The position numbers were made by a program, and so were the translations under genes. A DNA stretch of 64,000 nucleotides from Lepidodermella squamata (lineage: Eukaryota > Animalia > Gastrotricha): assembly GCA_047495785.1 (NCBI GenBank), contig JBLDXI010000015.1:5146001-5210000 (forward strand), read 5' to 3'. Under the pieces are notes generated by a model that saw only the letters and a list, made by a program, of their open reading frames with translations, was not told where the DNA came from and searched no databases. Numbering within the stretch: the stretch's first letter is position 1; each line of letters opens with the position of its first letter. This document shows positions 12,802-25,623 of the stretch, piece after piece.

Positions 12802-13580
12802 ATGGCCGATGATGGCAAGCCAGATATCCTGTGCAACGGCTTGCGCAACGGTTCTCTGCAAAGTTACACAAATGACAGTCAGATGCCAATCCCTGGCGCC
12901 AACGGTAAAATCGAAAGGAACAACCTGCATCTAATGCGCGTGACTGATCAAGTCAAGGAGCTTCAAACTGTAATTCGCGACAAAGAGTCATCGAGGAGTG
13001 ACTTCATATTTTACGCCGACCGGCTCATCCGTTTAGTCGTCGAGGAAGGCTTAAATTTATTGCCATACGAAGAATGTACGGTGACAACGCCCTCTGGCCA
13101 ACCTTATAAAGGCGTTCGATACATGCGTGGAAACTGCGGAGTCAGTATAATGAGGAGCGGGGAGGCAATGGAGCAAGGTCTTCGCGATTGTTGTCGTTCA
13201 ATCCGCATTGGGAAAATTCTCATTCAGAATGAAGAAAACAACCAAGCTCGGTTATACTATGCTAAACTGCCCCCAGATGTTGCCTCAAGGAAGGTTCTCA
13301 TCTTGTATCCTGTTCTCAGGTGAGTTGCCCTCTTATTCAAGTGTTCAGTCTATTACTATAACATTAATCTTACAGTGCAGCTGCCGTCATACGCTGTGCA
13401 ATGGAAGTATTGCATGAACATGATGTACCCGAAGAAAATGTCATATTGCTCACGTTGTTCTGTTCGCCAGAGGCGATCGAAGAGCTGCGCGTGAATTGCC
13501 CAAAATTGCGAGTTGTGACGTCCGAAGTTCACCCGGTTCCTCCTATCCACTTCGGATCTAAATATTTCGGAACTGACTGA
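12802..13580 (+). CDS. UPRT: Uracil phosphoribosyltransferase homolog, 2 exons (12802-13319, 13376-13580)
   Basis: ELQTVIRDK...FYADRLIRLVVEEGLNLLPY, CGVSIMRSGEAMEQGLRDCCRSIRIGKILIQ, C-terminal HFGSKYFGTD*; 56-nt GT-AG intron. Confidence 0.93.
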
Positions 13581-13917
13581 TAAAACTTGCGATAATTGCT
13601 GTTGTATTTCGATGGAAGTTGTTTGCAAATTCCAGCTTTTGGTATCGCACATGTATTTCGCATAATGATGATGAAGTTGATATTGCGATTCGATACTAAC
13701 TGATCGGATACATAAAATCCAACTAGCGGGCAACAATTACCAACAGTGACTATTATGACGACCGCTGTTTCTCGTAAAGCCAATAAAAATTGTTGAAGAA
13801 TGTGATTGCATTTTCTTTTAATGTTGATAAAGGCCACAAAAGCGATAAAAACAGTGCACGTTTTAGTATCAAGCAGTTAGAAAACGTTAGTTGAATAAAT
13901 ATTGCAATAAAAGAGAA

Positions 13918-16215
13918 TCAATTTGCCAGCGGCCCCCATGTCTGCTTCAGAATCTTCAGAAAATCTTCATCTGCATCAACGGCCAAACCTTTAAAAAATA
14001 AATCGAAGTTTAATAAGTCAGAAATAGTATATGTGTGTCTAATTACTCAATCCCTCATAATATGTAGCGAACTCCAGGAATCCAATAACCGACTCGCCAT
14101 CAGGGCCTTTCGCCGTGAAGCGCTGTCTCTGAGTCGGTTGCAACATTGATATGAATGCATTAACAATTTGTTGCTCCATGCGATCGCCAGACAATACTAA
14201 AGAATAGGTCACAAGTTGAGGTCACAAGTAGGTCCTATATTGAGGGTTAACGACGCAACATACCGTCGGGGTGAGTTTTTGCGGAGTAAAATTTCTTTAG
14301 TGTCGCAGCAGTTAGGCGACCCGTCTTGGTTGGATCCATTTTCATCCACGCTCGCTTTACAAACTGAAATCGTACCTCCGACATACCACCGATTATCCCA
14401 CGAATAAATTCACCGAAATCGATCACCCCTGAAGCTCAAATTTCGTCAAGTATTCAAATTTTCAGCCACAATAAGGTTTCCTACCGTTGCAATCTGAGTC
14501 CAGAATTTCACACAACTTTTTCAACTCGGACGAGTCAATTTTCACATTGAACCGGTCAAGCATTGTGCTGATTTGATCAGGGCTGATATAGTAGCGTTTG
14601 TAGTCGTCTTCACTAACCTTTTCGTCAGGAAGCTTGAATGAGACCCCCAGCTAGAAATACGGTTTAAAATTAGATACGTAATTATGTTTTTATGTGAGAA
14701 TTGCAAACTAACTTCATGTCGCATGTTGAGTAATACTGGAATGCCTCTGGTTTTCAGGGATTTTGTTACGATCTTTCTGATACTAAACAGAAGAGATCTA
14801 GCTTCGGCCTCCTGTGGCGTTTGAGGCGCATGCAGTTTTGCTAGAGCTTCGTCATATTGGGATATTCTGTAGTCTTTCAAAAGAACGCTTTTCTTCTGCG
14901 CTAGGTCGACGTGAGTAACCTGTGAAAAATACGTTTCCTCCTGATTACACTTTGGCATATTCAGAAACTAATATTTACTCGAATAACAAATGTTGACTTC
15001 TGTTTCAAAGTGTCGTTGAGAGCGGGTGCGTTATCAGCTCCAGACAATACAATATCTCTGCCATCGGTCAGATCGGTTAGGCTCACCGGTTGGCCACATC
15101 TAACAATATATAATTCCACACAATAATATAGCAGGGCTTTTTAAGGGGTTTATAGGTTGGCCGCCACTAAGTTCGGCACATTCGCCCCTAACGAAGAGAA
15201 AGTATATAAATAGATTTTTACCTAAGTCCACCGGCGTGTTTGTGCTGTCCGCGAACAACGAAGGGCAATACTCTTGGAGGATTTCGACTTGTCGCTTTAT
15301 TCAGGCCACGAAATTCATAGATTGCCAAGGTGGAATCTAGCAGATCAAGTTATTCGGGAACTTTCTGGCAATGAAAAACAGAAATCGATTTACCCTCGGG
15401 CCAATAAAAGCCGGTGAAGTCTCTGAGCGAATCAGCATCAGAATTCGTTAACAACCTAGCTTGAAAAGCAACCCGCTTGACTGTATCGTTATCACGAGCC
15501 GATAAACTATACGGCCGGGCCGTGCGTACATCTTTCGAGGATTTAATTTCTGTATAAAAGTTGACAGTTTTAACTCGTTCGAAACAACACTAGGCAGTTG
15601 CATACGATCATCCTCCGGCAAACGGCTCTCCACTACTTGACGTATGACACTCAGGTCTTTGAATTCTCGCTCGAGAATATTTCTTCCGGTATTGAATTCA
15701 TTGTACGGGGTGAAGCACCGATTCGATGAAAGTGGTGTGGCATCTCCAGGTCGATTATTAGCTGGGCCAACAGCAAGTTGCTTTTCTGGAATTGTTGCGT
15801 ATGGTGGCACTACACTGTGCGGTCTACAATTGAAAGAATACGATGATGTAACGAATTTTTAAATTCTAATTACCGAGATGAAGAGTTTGATTCCAAATCA
15901 TACGCCTGCCCTCCTTTTGGCGCAAGTCGAGCGGAGCGAACACTATCAAGATCGCCAAAATCTAATCTCGGAATGGCCTGTCTGATTACAGAGAAGATAA
16001 ATGTTATTCATTGCATCGTAATGCGTCTGATAATTACTGTTTATTCATGTACTTCGGTAGAGCCAGAGACAGTAACTGATGTGATGGTGGACAAGAACAC
16101 TATAAAATACAATATTCTATTGAAAACGCTGCACACGGATACGATTACATTTAAGCAGAAGTATAACAATCTACGAGGCGCGATGATTCATTTAATTAAC
16201 GGTTCACTCAGACAT
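13918..16215 (-). CDS. CAPS2: Calcyphosin-2-like (DM10-like region plus EF-hands), multi-exon
   Basis: IPRLDFGDL near the N-terminus; TLAIYEFRGL..VLPFV; EF-hand tail FLEFATYYEGLAVDADEDFLKILKQTWG; stop TGA 13918-13920. The 8-nt first exon (ATG at 16215) is tentative. Confidence 0.78.
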
Positions 16216-16380
16216 CAACTCAAACAAATTCTTCGCGCCAACAGCCTAGTTACCGCCAAGGACGCCGTCGGTGAAGGTCAACATTATTTTATAGGCTTTA
16301 TAATCAAAAGAATAATTTTTTGTTCATTATTTCAATAAATAAAAGCGATATGTGCTAAAATAGAAGAGAAAAATTAAATT

Positions 16381-16435
16381 AAAAATTAAAAATTAAAAAT
16401 TAAAAATTAAAAATTAAAAATTAAAAATTAAAAAT
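16381..16435. repeat. (AAAAATT)n simple tandem repeat, ~8 copies
   Basis: Direct reading; lies at the left edge of the TE island. Confidence 0.9.
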
Positions 16436-17844
16436 GAGAAAGAGAAACTTTTTCAATTCCCGAACCGTTGCGTCCAAGTTTGAGCGGTCCAAATTTGAGC
16501 AGATCTGAGATTAATATCAAAATCATTTGAAATGGCAGTCTGTGAGCAGTTTGAGACAAACTCAGGGTTTGAATACAGGGTGTTCTTTTTAAAACCGAAC
16601 ATCCTGCCGTAGTCGCGAAAAATAAATTTGCCGGCTATTTTACGAAAATAATTTTACTAAAATAATTTTTTATCACTTTTAATATAAATTTTTAATTTTA
16701 TTTTCAATTGCACGATGCCCTTGAATTTTAGCGCGCGTTGCCACGTCGACGCGTCGGTTTTTAAATTTTAGCGGTTAAAACGCCTGAAATCAGGGTTTTC
16801 GCGCCTGGTTCCTAAGGTAACCGGCAAGCGCGCGGCTCCTTGCCGCGCATCATTCAAGTCAGTTAAGCGAGCTAAATGTTTTAGCTGCGCCGTTTTTTCT
16901 TATTCGGTCTCAGTTTTCGCAATGTGGTATAACCAAAATCGGTGAAAAGAGCCTTAAATTGCGCTTCCTTGCCGTTGAAATCCACCGCTGGAATCAAGAA
17001 GACGGCGGTGCAACGTGGTTTTCTGCTGTCTTGAGGAGTCTAAATGATATAACAAGCGGCCTTGAAAACTTGTCGCTCAAGTTTCAGTCCGCGGATCAGA
17101 GAAACGCACCATTTTCTGGGCGAAATGCAATGCAACTAGCTGTTTCACGATGAAAAGGGCTGTGATATCATGTAAATAAACGGAAAGCTGGGGGGAAACA
17201 TGTCGAATTTACTGGCATAGATGTTGCTGATGCGGAAGACACGTTGCCTTCCTTCTTTATCCTTGATGTTCTCTCATCCTTGTGTGATACTTCGTCGTCC
17301 GCAGTGAGGCCGTAACTAACTTCTACAGACTAATTAAAGCTGATCTCAAAGGCGTTACCACCGTTATCATCAAAGCTGTCTCGTAGAACATGTTCATAAT
17401 ATCAAAAAGAAAAAATACAAGGTATTTTAGATTACGATGATTTAGCCGCTCAGTTCATTTCGTTTACTGCTGTTCGTAACATCAGTCATGTTCCTTACTA
17501 AGGATAGTGGTTTACAAGTCAGCGTAGCTTGGTGCTTAGTAAGGACTGTCATCCTAATAGTCATAACTATGGACACTCACTCTTCACTCTACGCCGCGTC
17601 TTTTAAGGTGCACAGGTCCATCTGAGATCAGATCCTTAGATCGCTCAGTCTGAAGCGGCGAAGTCTGAGTAAGGATTGTTGAGTAAGCCATTCCTACCAA
17701 GCATACCAGTGACACCGCGTCCTTACTTGGAAGCCATCTTGCTAAGGATGTCTTGCTTAGTAAGGACATCCTTAGTAAGGAATTCCTTATAGCAAGATTG
17801 CTTTCAAGTAAAGAGAGCGCTTAGCATCTCTTTTACTCATAAAT

Positions 17845-19503
17845 GGGTGTGCCAACTGCACCTACCTAAATCAAGACTCCAGCACTAAATTTAGAGTTCC
17901 AGCACTAAATTTGAAAGTTGCTCCCACTAATCCTATTTAAGACTAAATAAGCAACTCTAGCACTAAATATACAAAGCCACCACCTAATTCATGGATAGGA
18001 ATGCCATCATATCGCACCAGTGAGGCCGCTGCAGAGCAGTTACTTCGAGGATCAGCCAATCGACCTGGGCTCTATTCCCTATATCTTATAACCTATCCCC
18101 AACAAATTTGGTTGTAATGTTATTCCGCCGCTAAGCGCAAGCAGGGTCAGGCACCAATTTTGTAGGTCAAAGATCAAACGTTTGACAGGCCGTAAATAAG
18201 CGCCTATGCAAATAAGGCAGGGTGTTGAAATCTAAGTTACGTTGGGAGGGCCTCTTTCAGGAGAGAAGCATTAGTTTACCATAGACATGGGCAAATAGCA
18301 CCATTTTAGTCTTTGCTACCATAGCCGCTCGCCGAAACGAGACGTGGCAAACCATGGCAGTCCCATGTCTGTCCTATTCATTTCAAAAGGTAAAAGCTGA
18401 TTGTTACCATTATTACGCAACACCTAACCTTCAAGCAATGACTGCGATGATAGAGATTGCCCCGCCTCAATTGGCTCAAAAATGACTCTTGAAGCTACAA
18501 AAACCTATAGTGCCACCGAAATACGGTCCATACTGCCACTCAGGGTCCCACCATGATGGTCCCGCAAAAAGCCAATAGCGGCGGCGTTCGGATCAAAGTT
18601 GTTGGCTGTGAGCAAAAGAGTGCATCATAACGAGATGCCAACCTCAACGTCATGGCTCATTTGCATAATACGCATATGTTTAAGTCGGCCATTAAGCCAT
18701 TATAGATATTAATGATCGACTAATCTTTAAAAACCATATAAAAAATATTATTACAAAAATATAATGTGAGTGGACAGGGCGCATATGTGTCCCTGGCTCC
18801 TGATCGACTAATATATAATTTGTTATATATAATTAACTAGTATCTATGTGATAGATACATACATATATTCATCATGTTTACGGAGCAAAATAAAACTAAA
18901 CTAAACTAAACTAAGCACTCGAGCTAAAATTTCAAAATCTTCATTTTTATCCAAAGTTGAAATTCTCAAAACGGATATCTCTGTTATTTACTAAACTTTG
19001 CATGCATACAGAACGCGAGCTGCTCTTTCGCGTGGTATGAGATTCAACCCAACCGTTGTTACTATACAAAAACCGCTTTTTACTATAGTTTCATTTATTT
19101 TGATGAGATCAAGACTGAGCAGCAATTGCCCCCCTCAAATCTTATACCACATGAAACAGCAGCTGGCGTTCTACATGCATGCAAAATTTGGTGAACAATG
19201 GAGAAGCACTCGATTTAATAATGCAGATCAAAATTTTAGCTTGAGGGCTTCTTCTGGTCACTTTTTCTCTATGGAAATACGGTAAAACCCTAAGCATGCA
19301 TCGTCTGAAGGCGCGTGGTCGAGAATGCCTGAGAGCCTCGCCTGGTCTTAACAGCAGTAATAGGCACTGAATGCTGATATTTAGTGCTGGAACTCATATT
19401 TAGGTGCCCAAATAATTTAGTGTGAGCTGTTTGCAAATTAGGTAAACGCACTCTCAAATTTAGTGCTGGAACCTCATTTTAGGTGGTGCACTTATTTAGA
19501 CCC
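17845..19503. mobile_element. Non-autonomous Mutator-like element (1659 bp)
   Basis: 9-bp TSD CTCATAAAT (17836-17844, 19504-19512); GGG...CCC termini; ~130-bp imperfect TIRs built from a reiterated CCAGCACTAAAT motif. Confidence 0.82.
18913..19250. mobile_element. Palindromic MITE nested in the MULE
   Basis: Terminal 20-mers are 18/20 inverted matches (AAGCACTCGAGCTAAAATTT); ~50-bp internal inverted arms at ~18993-19045 and ~19138-19189. No clear TSD. Confidence 0.65.
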
Positions 19504-20349
19504 CTCATAAATGCATCCTTAACATCCATAGCATGGAAAATCAACATCGCTAGGCTATGAACAGCCGTTTATTTGCACCATTCAGATCAAGTTGAGTGTT
19601 TAACAAAACGTCATGTAAACTTTAACATCATTGGCAGCATCCGGCGCGCGGCGTGAGTCGTTAAGAGTGAGAATTTAGCATCATTTTCGGCGAAAAATTC
19701 ATTGGTATCACTGGATCCGCCGGAGATTTGAAAACAGCCGATGACTGAGACAACGCTTAGGACTGATAACCGAGATCTTATTCAGACATTGATCACTCGT
19801 TTGCGGCGGCGCAGGGCAGCGGCGGGAATATTCCGTGGTGATGCCCGTGTCCTGTCATCCATTTCCCTGCGGTAACCGCAGTCGCGGGCGGGTGTAACTG
19901 TTTGTGAGACTGCGGTAACAAAGCAAGTTTAACACCACGCCAGTCTTTGTCTTTTATTTGCATCCCTTTGATCTCTGATTCTACGCGTCCTGTAAGAACA
20001 GTCCAGCATTCTCGCATAGATTTTACGTTTCTTGTAATATTTTAGTGGTAAACTATTTGATTGATGTAACTTCAAGCGCAATTAATCGCAATAGTATAAC
20101 GCGCCCCACCCGCTGAATTTCCCGGAGGAATAGAAGAATAAGCGAAAACAAACGATTTCAAACCTTAGCCCTAATGCGGCCGCTGAAAACCAGTAGCAGC
20201 GGCTGAAATGTGTCAACGGGTAAAGTCTTTTGCAGAATTTTAACACGATTAAAGCTATATATTCACACAATGCCTAAAATTCATGCATCGACGTCATATG
20301 GCCCCATAAATCACGAAGGATTGCGGCTACAACGCGTTGAAACGTCCTC

Positions 20350-21440
20350 TAACAAGGATGGTATGGTATCAGAAAGCCGACCCAGCGCTCGAGTTAGGGC
20401 GGCAACACCAGCATTTTTCTGCTTTATTGTCAAACTGACATCTTCTCTTAGCAAGTTCACTTATGTTGGCCAAAATTTAACCGCTAAATTATTTGCTACG
20501 ACCAAAAATATCCCGAAAAACCCGAAAAAACCCGAAAAATGCATGTCAAGCCACTTAAAGCGGAAAACCGCGTTGTCCAACCTAAAAGTAATGGTAACTA
20601 ATAAATATACAGTTTATTCTACAAGAAAATCATGAGAAAGATTGTTCTTACCAGATTATTTCATGAAATGGGCTATCCTTAAGGTTGCTGATCTGACTCA
20701 ATGATGATGTCTAACCAGAGTGTGTAGGGCAGACGAAAGCCGATCCTGCGCTCGAATTACGGCGGCAACATTAGCTTTTTTCTGCTTTGTCGTCATATTG
20801 ATATAGTCTCCAAGCAAAATCACCAAATTTTACCCATATCTGACCGTTGATTATTTCCCAGCATCAATAAATGTTCCGATAAACCCGAATAACTCCATTT
20901 TAACGTCTAAATGCATCCTAAGCCGTAAAACGAGAAAAACCACGGTGACCCCCCAAAAAGACATGGTAACTAAGAAATTTACACTCTATTCTACCAGAAA
21001 ACAATGAGTAACAATGCTAATTAAGCAAAATTCATGACATGGACCATCTTGAAGATCGTTCATCTGGCCAGAGGATGAGATCTAACACAGCAGGTATGGC
21101 AGAAGGAAGTCCCTCCTGCTCACGAGTTAGTATGGCAACACCGACTTTTTCTTTTTTCATTGTCAAAGTATTGATGTCTCCTAGTGAATTCACTCATTTG
21201 AGCCCCCATTTGACCGCTGAATTGTTTGCTAACATTGTAAATGTTCCGAATATCCCGAAAAACTCCATTTATCGACAGAATGCATCCATAGCAGCAGCAA
21301 GTGAAAAACCGCGGTGACCCTCCAAAAAGTAACGGTAACTAAGTAGTATTTACTCTGCTTTACAAGAAAACAATGAGAGACAGTGTTTTTGACGGGTGAT
21401 TTGAAGGCATAGACCTCCTTGAAGATGGTGATAATGAGAT
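20350..21440. repeat. Three diverged tandem units of ~365 bp
   Basis: Colinear motifs GGCAACA (20401, 20764, 21134), CCGAA-rich tract, GAAAAC(C)GCG, GGTAACTAA and AGAAAA(C/T)(A/C)ATGAG recur with a ~363-370 bp period. Confidence 0.8.
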
Positions 21441-22496
21441 CTATGCTCTGAAAGACCGGCTGGCTGTTAGGGCAGATGTGCTAAAAATAACCATCATCCT
21501 ACAAATACGGCTGTGGTAATCTTGTAGAGAATACATTACTGTACTTAGAAACACTGTTTCCGCAAGGTATAACCGCACTTAGGTGAAAGTTTCCGGGGTT
21601 AAACGCTTAAGATCTGCGAAAAACGGCATAAAAATGGCTTGTTTAGGCTTAGCACATACTTCTAATTGAGCCATATTTAGAAAAAATGACGCCGGCTGCC
21701 TTATTAAATGCTTGAAATGCTATCAGAAAAACACTAACAAAGGTGTCGTCACCGGTGATAAAATGCGAAATTACGGGGATGAAGTTGCGCGACGGGGAAC
21801 TTGCGGTGCGCGGAGTGGCTACAACGCGAAAACGCGCGGCATCGCGCAGCACGCTTTTCCGTAGCAACAAAATTTTTATTGAAAAAAAATTATTAATATA
21901 ATAAAATAAAAATATTTTTAAAAGGATATTTAATTTTGTGCATAAAAATTTGCGGTAGCACGTGATTTTCCAACGCGCGCGGCGGATGTTCGGTTTTAAA
22001 AAGAACACCCTGTATAGGGGCAGCGACCTATGATCTGCGAAAATCAGCCGACAAGTCAGAACGCGAAGCCGGACATTTTGATGTTGAATTCACAAAAAAT
22101 CTGTCCGTTTTAACGCACGCCCGGCTTAACGCAAAACCATACTGTAGTTTCAACGTCGATGGATATAGTCAGGAGTGACTTTTCGAGAAAGCGTAGATAC
22201 GTGAAGCCTTGCTGCGTCGCGTTGCGTTTGTAAGGGGCTTTTATCAGTGCCGCTACATGATATGAAAATCGAATATGGCCCAAAATTCATATCGCCATAC
22301 ACTTCTCTCGAAATGATTAAACATGATTAGTGATTAAACATGAATGGCCATTATTCGTGGCCATTCAAAACTTGGTTTTATTCTAATGTTGTTTCTTTTA
22401 GAGTTTTCCCTTCTGTCCTGTTGCGCATACACTACATTATTGGCGACGCAGAAGGGAAGAAGAAGGGAAGGCGATCGACGCAATCAAAGCGTTGCA

Positions 22497-23057
22497 ATGA
22501 AGCTCGAAAGGTTCGATCCAAGCCGAGAAAAATTCTCCGATTTCGAAACGCGGTTCGAGTTCTTTTGTACTCACCAACAGCTGGCGAAGGAGGAGGACAA
22601 GAAAGCAGCGTTCATCGTGTCGTTGTCGGTCGATGTTTTTCGGAAGCTTATCGACTTGCTGGGAAGCAAGGATGTCAAGAGTGGCGATGTCAAGCTAGCC
22701 GACTGCATCAAGGTGCTTCGGGATTTCTATGATCCGAAACCGACACAATTGTCAGAGCGCGTACGGCTTCACAGACTCAGGAGACAGCCTGGACAGACGG
22801 CAGTCGAGTTTGGCGCGGCTCTGCAAGCGACAGCGAAGAACTGCAACTTGAAGGACGACGCCAAGGACCCTGAGGAGGCGCGATTGCGGGATTGTTTCGT
22901 CGCAGGTTACGACGACGCGTATATCCAGGAACGCATGATGGCCGAGAAGGAGTTGACCTTCAAGCAGGCAGTCGAACTCGCAACAAGGTTGGAGTTGGCT
23001 CAGAAGGCGGCTCAAGTCTTCAGGGGCGGTGCAAGCGATGGCGTGGAAGTCCATGGA
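22497..23057 (+). pseudogene. Gypsy gag, N-terminal half
   Basis: FDPSREKFSDFETRFEFF...RLRDCFVAG...LTFKQAVELA capsid-like pattern; cut at the TIR insertion. Confidence 0.85.
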
Positions 23058-23583
23058 CGATCGTGGCGCAGCATAAGGTCATAAGTGAGGCGAAAGCTCG
23101 AGTCGAAGAAAACAACGCAACGTCGAAAAACCTTCGGAAAATAAATAATTGATTTCGCAAATAAATGCTTACAAATAATCAGAAATTGTAAATTGGTAGC
23201 AAAAATAATTTTTTTATATAAATTAACATCAAATTAAATCAACAAGTTGTTTACCGTGTCTAACAAAGCAGCTTTTTCTTCAAATCCGAGGCAGTTTGGT
23301 CATTTTTAATCCGATTTTAGAACTTAGAGCGATATGCTGGCATTTCCGATCCGGAAGGCTCGCAAAATTCGGTTACATTTCCGCACAGATGTTGTCAGGA
23401 CATGTCCATTTAATATCCATTATCAATGATTTCGAAGTCTTACGCAATGCCAGTTCAGAAAACCATGTGCGGAAATTCAATTCTGCGTTGCTTTTTGCGC
23501 CGAAGTGGCAGTACAATGCGTTATGCGTCATTTACCCAAGTGATTAAACGTTATCGATTGATGGCAAAGTGCCTAGTCAGCCC

Positions 23584-24257
23584 CAGTAGCGGCGCCAGGG
23601 GGGGGGGCGAGATTTTTCTCGAACTCTCGCCCCCCCCCCCCTGGAAATTTTCAGCTCTCGACCCAAATTTGGAGCATTTTTAGGCTATTAGGCTCCTGCT
23701 TTTAGGCATTAATAACGCCAGCTAAAGCTCGCTACGCTCGCGTTATGGCCAGTAGTCTACATTTGCGCTCTGATTCTGGAACTCCTAGGTTTTTTGTATC
23801 GGCTGCTTTCTAAGGGATTCTAAGGGACTCAATTCAACAATCAATAAGGTTTCAAAATCTCTAGTTTTAACCGATATAGCTGGGGCGCACAGTGGGGAGA
23901 AATGCACTCAGCAAGGTAGTGACGGTTTACGACGCCTCACGCCCGTGCGCGGAAGAATTTGCTGAGATCGAGACTCCTGAAAACTCCAGATTAGGGAAAG
24001 TGGATCCAAATATTGAAACATTTCTACCTTAGTCCCTGAGTGTAATTTTCAAAAAATAGCGTTAGCTAAAGCTCGCTTCGCTCGCATGCAGATTTTTGTG
24101 TCGTTATTGGTAGCTTTTGTTACTGTCTCTAATTTTAACGCTCAGCTACAATCTTTCCCACACATATACGCAAAATTGCCGTATTTTCGCTAGCTTTGTA
24201 TCGTTAGTGATTGCCCCCAGCTCGCCCCCTGACTGCAGAACCCTGGTGCCGTCCCTG
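23584..24257. mobile_element. hAT-type MITE (674 bp)
   Basis: 8-bp TSD GTCAGCCC (23576-83, 24258-65); CAG...CTG termini with 13/17 TIR match; poly-G/poly-C hairpin at ~23594-23644; two GCTAAAGCTCGCT(A/T)CGCTCGC motifs. Confidence 0.85.
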
Positions 24258-25330
24258 GTCAGCCCTGAGTTACTTCTGTGGGAAACCTCAGCGTTTCTGT
24301 AGGAAAACAATCGGGGAGGTGTGGGAACCGGAGCTTAATCATCGGAACTTCAAAGAAGGAGCACGGAAAGCACTGCTGAAGATGAGTATTGACCATTTGG
24401 TGATCTTCATTGCAAATAAGTAATATCTACAATCGAGGATAAAGACGGGGTTATAAAATCCTGGTTTCTTTACTGTTTCGGTGTTTTGCGACCTAGCTCC
24501 CCATAGTATGTGCAAGCCCTGCGAGTGTCTTCTCCATTCTCCATATCGCATTTCCTTCCACTGTCACTTTAAAGGGAGTTTCTCAAACAATGGTTTAGTG
24601 CCTTTCCTTGAAAACAAGGCCAGCTCTCTCCAAAAGACAAAATATTCAAAAAATCTTGAATGTCCATATCTGCTCAAAACTCGAACGGGGGAACCTCCTG
24701 GAAACGTTGTTTCTGCTTCTGATTCACCATCTTATATTTTCAATCAGATGCATGCGCTGAAAATGCTGCATCTAATCTCAGCTCTTGGAATTGTATATAA
24801 AATTCTAATTTTGTTTGACGTCTAGATACATCGAGTTATACATGTTTCTTAGTATTTGGAAAACAACATGAGTTCACTCAATGATTCACGTTTCATCTCT
24901 TCTTGATAAGATGGCTGAAGTTTCCCGCGCGCTGCCCAGATTCCATTCGATGTCTATCTCGTAAATTACGGGTTTGCAGACACTCTGCGATAAAGGTAAC
25001 TTTCGCCACCGTCCGTTTACTATCTGTATCACCGTACTTGCTAGGTGGACTTTGGGTTCTCTACAATGGTGTTAATAATTTTATCGCACAAGCGCGTGAT
25101 TTCAGCGTCTTCGAGGACCACGTACTCATTACTCAGATGCTTCCAATTGCGGACCGGTCAAGTTGCAGCAATTTCGGTTTTCTTAAGGTCGCGAAACGAT
25201 TCAACAATCCAACATTAGTTCCTTGCGTGATCACTACAACTTCTGTCGATGTCCAAGTAGCTGTTAAAGCAAATGCGGATGCATGCTTGCTCTCGAAAAT
25301 GGTAAAAACGAGGACGGCCGAGTCGAACGC

Positions 25331-25623
25331 GTGACTGACGATCTTGAGAAAGCTTAACTGCTCGCTGAATTCTTCAAAGCGAACTTGTCTTAGGCAATAA
25401 CCAATTGAACTCGAGTTGGAGATCCGCGGACGTTGGACTTGGATCTTTTAAACTCGGCATATCGCCAGGTCAGTGGCATTTGGCGATCATTGACTGAAGC
25501 TGAATCCTCAAAAGAGCTAACCTATGCATGCATTATTTTGATTTTGCTCGCGTTTTATCAATCTTTTAATGCATTATGTGTGCTTAGTTTGCTAATGAAT
25601 TGAATGTCTATGAATTAAATAAA
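25331..25623 (+). mobile_element. Internally deleted CR1/L2-type LINE remnant
   Basis: Peptides VTDDLEKA*LLAEFF and SFKLGISPGQWHLAII resemble ORF2 motifs just before the RT domain; followed by a T-rich 3' UTR ending AATAAA. Confidence 0.6.

Larger units (their letters stand above)
16576..22012. mobile_element. Non-autonomous Tc1/mariner-type element (5437 bp) with nested insertions
   Basis: Perfect 29-bp TIRs CAGGGTGTTCTTTTTAAAACCGAACATCC (16576-16604 and 21984-22012) flanked by TA (16574-75, 22013-14); no transposase ORF recognised inside. Confidence 0.88.

Noticed and set aside
20350-21440. CRISPR-like array
   Set aside because: Eukaryotic context; units are long, diverged along their whole length and have no unique spacers.
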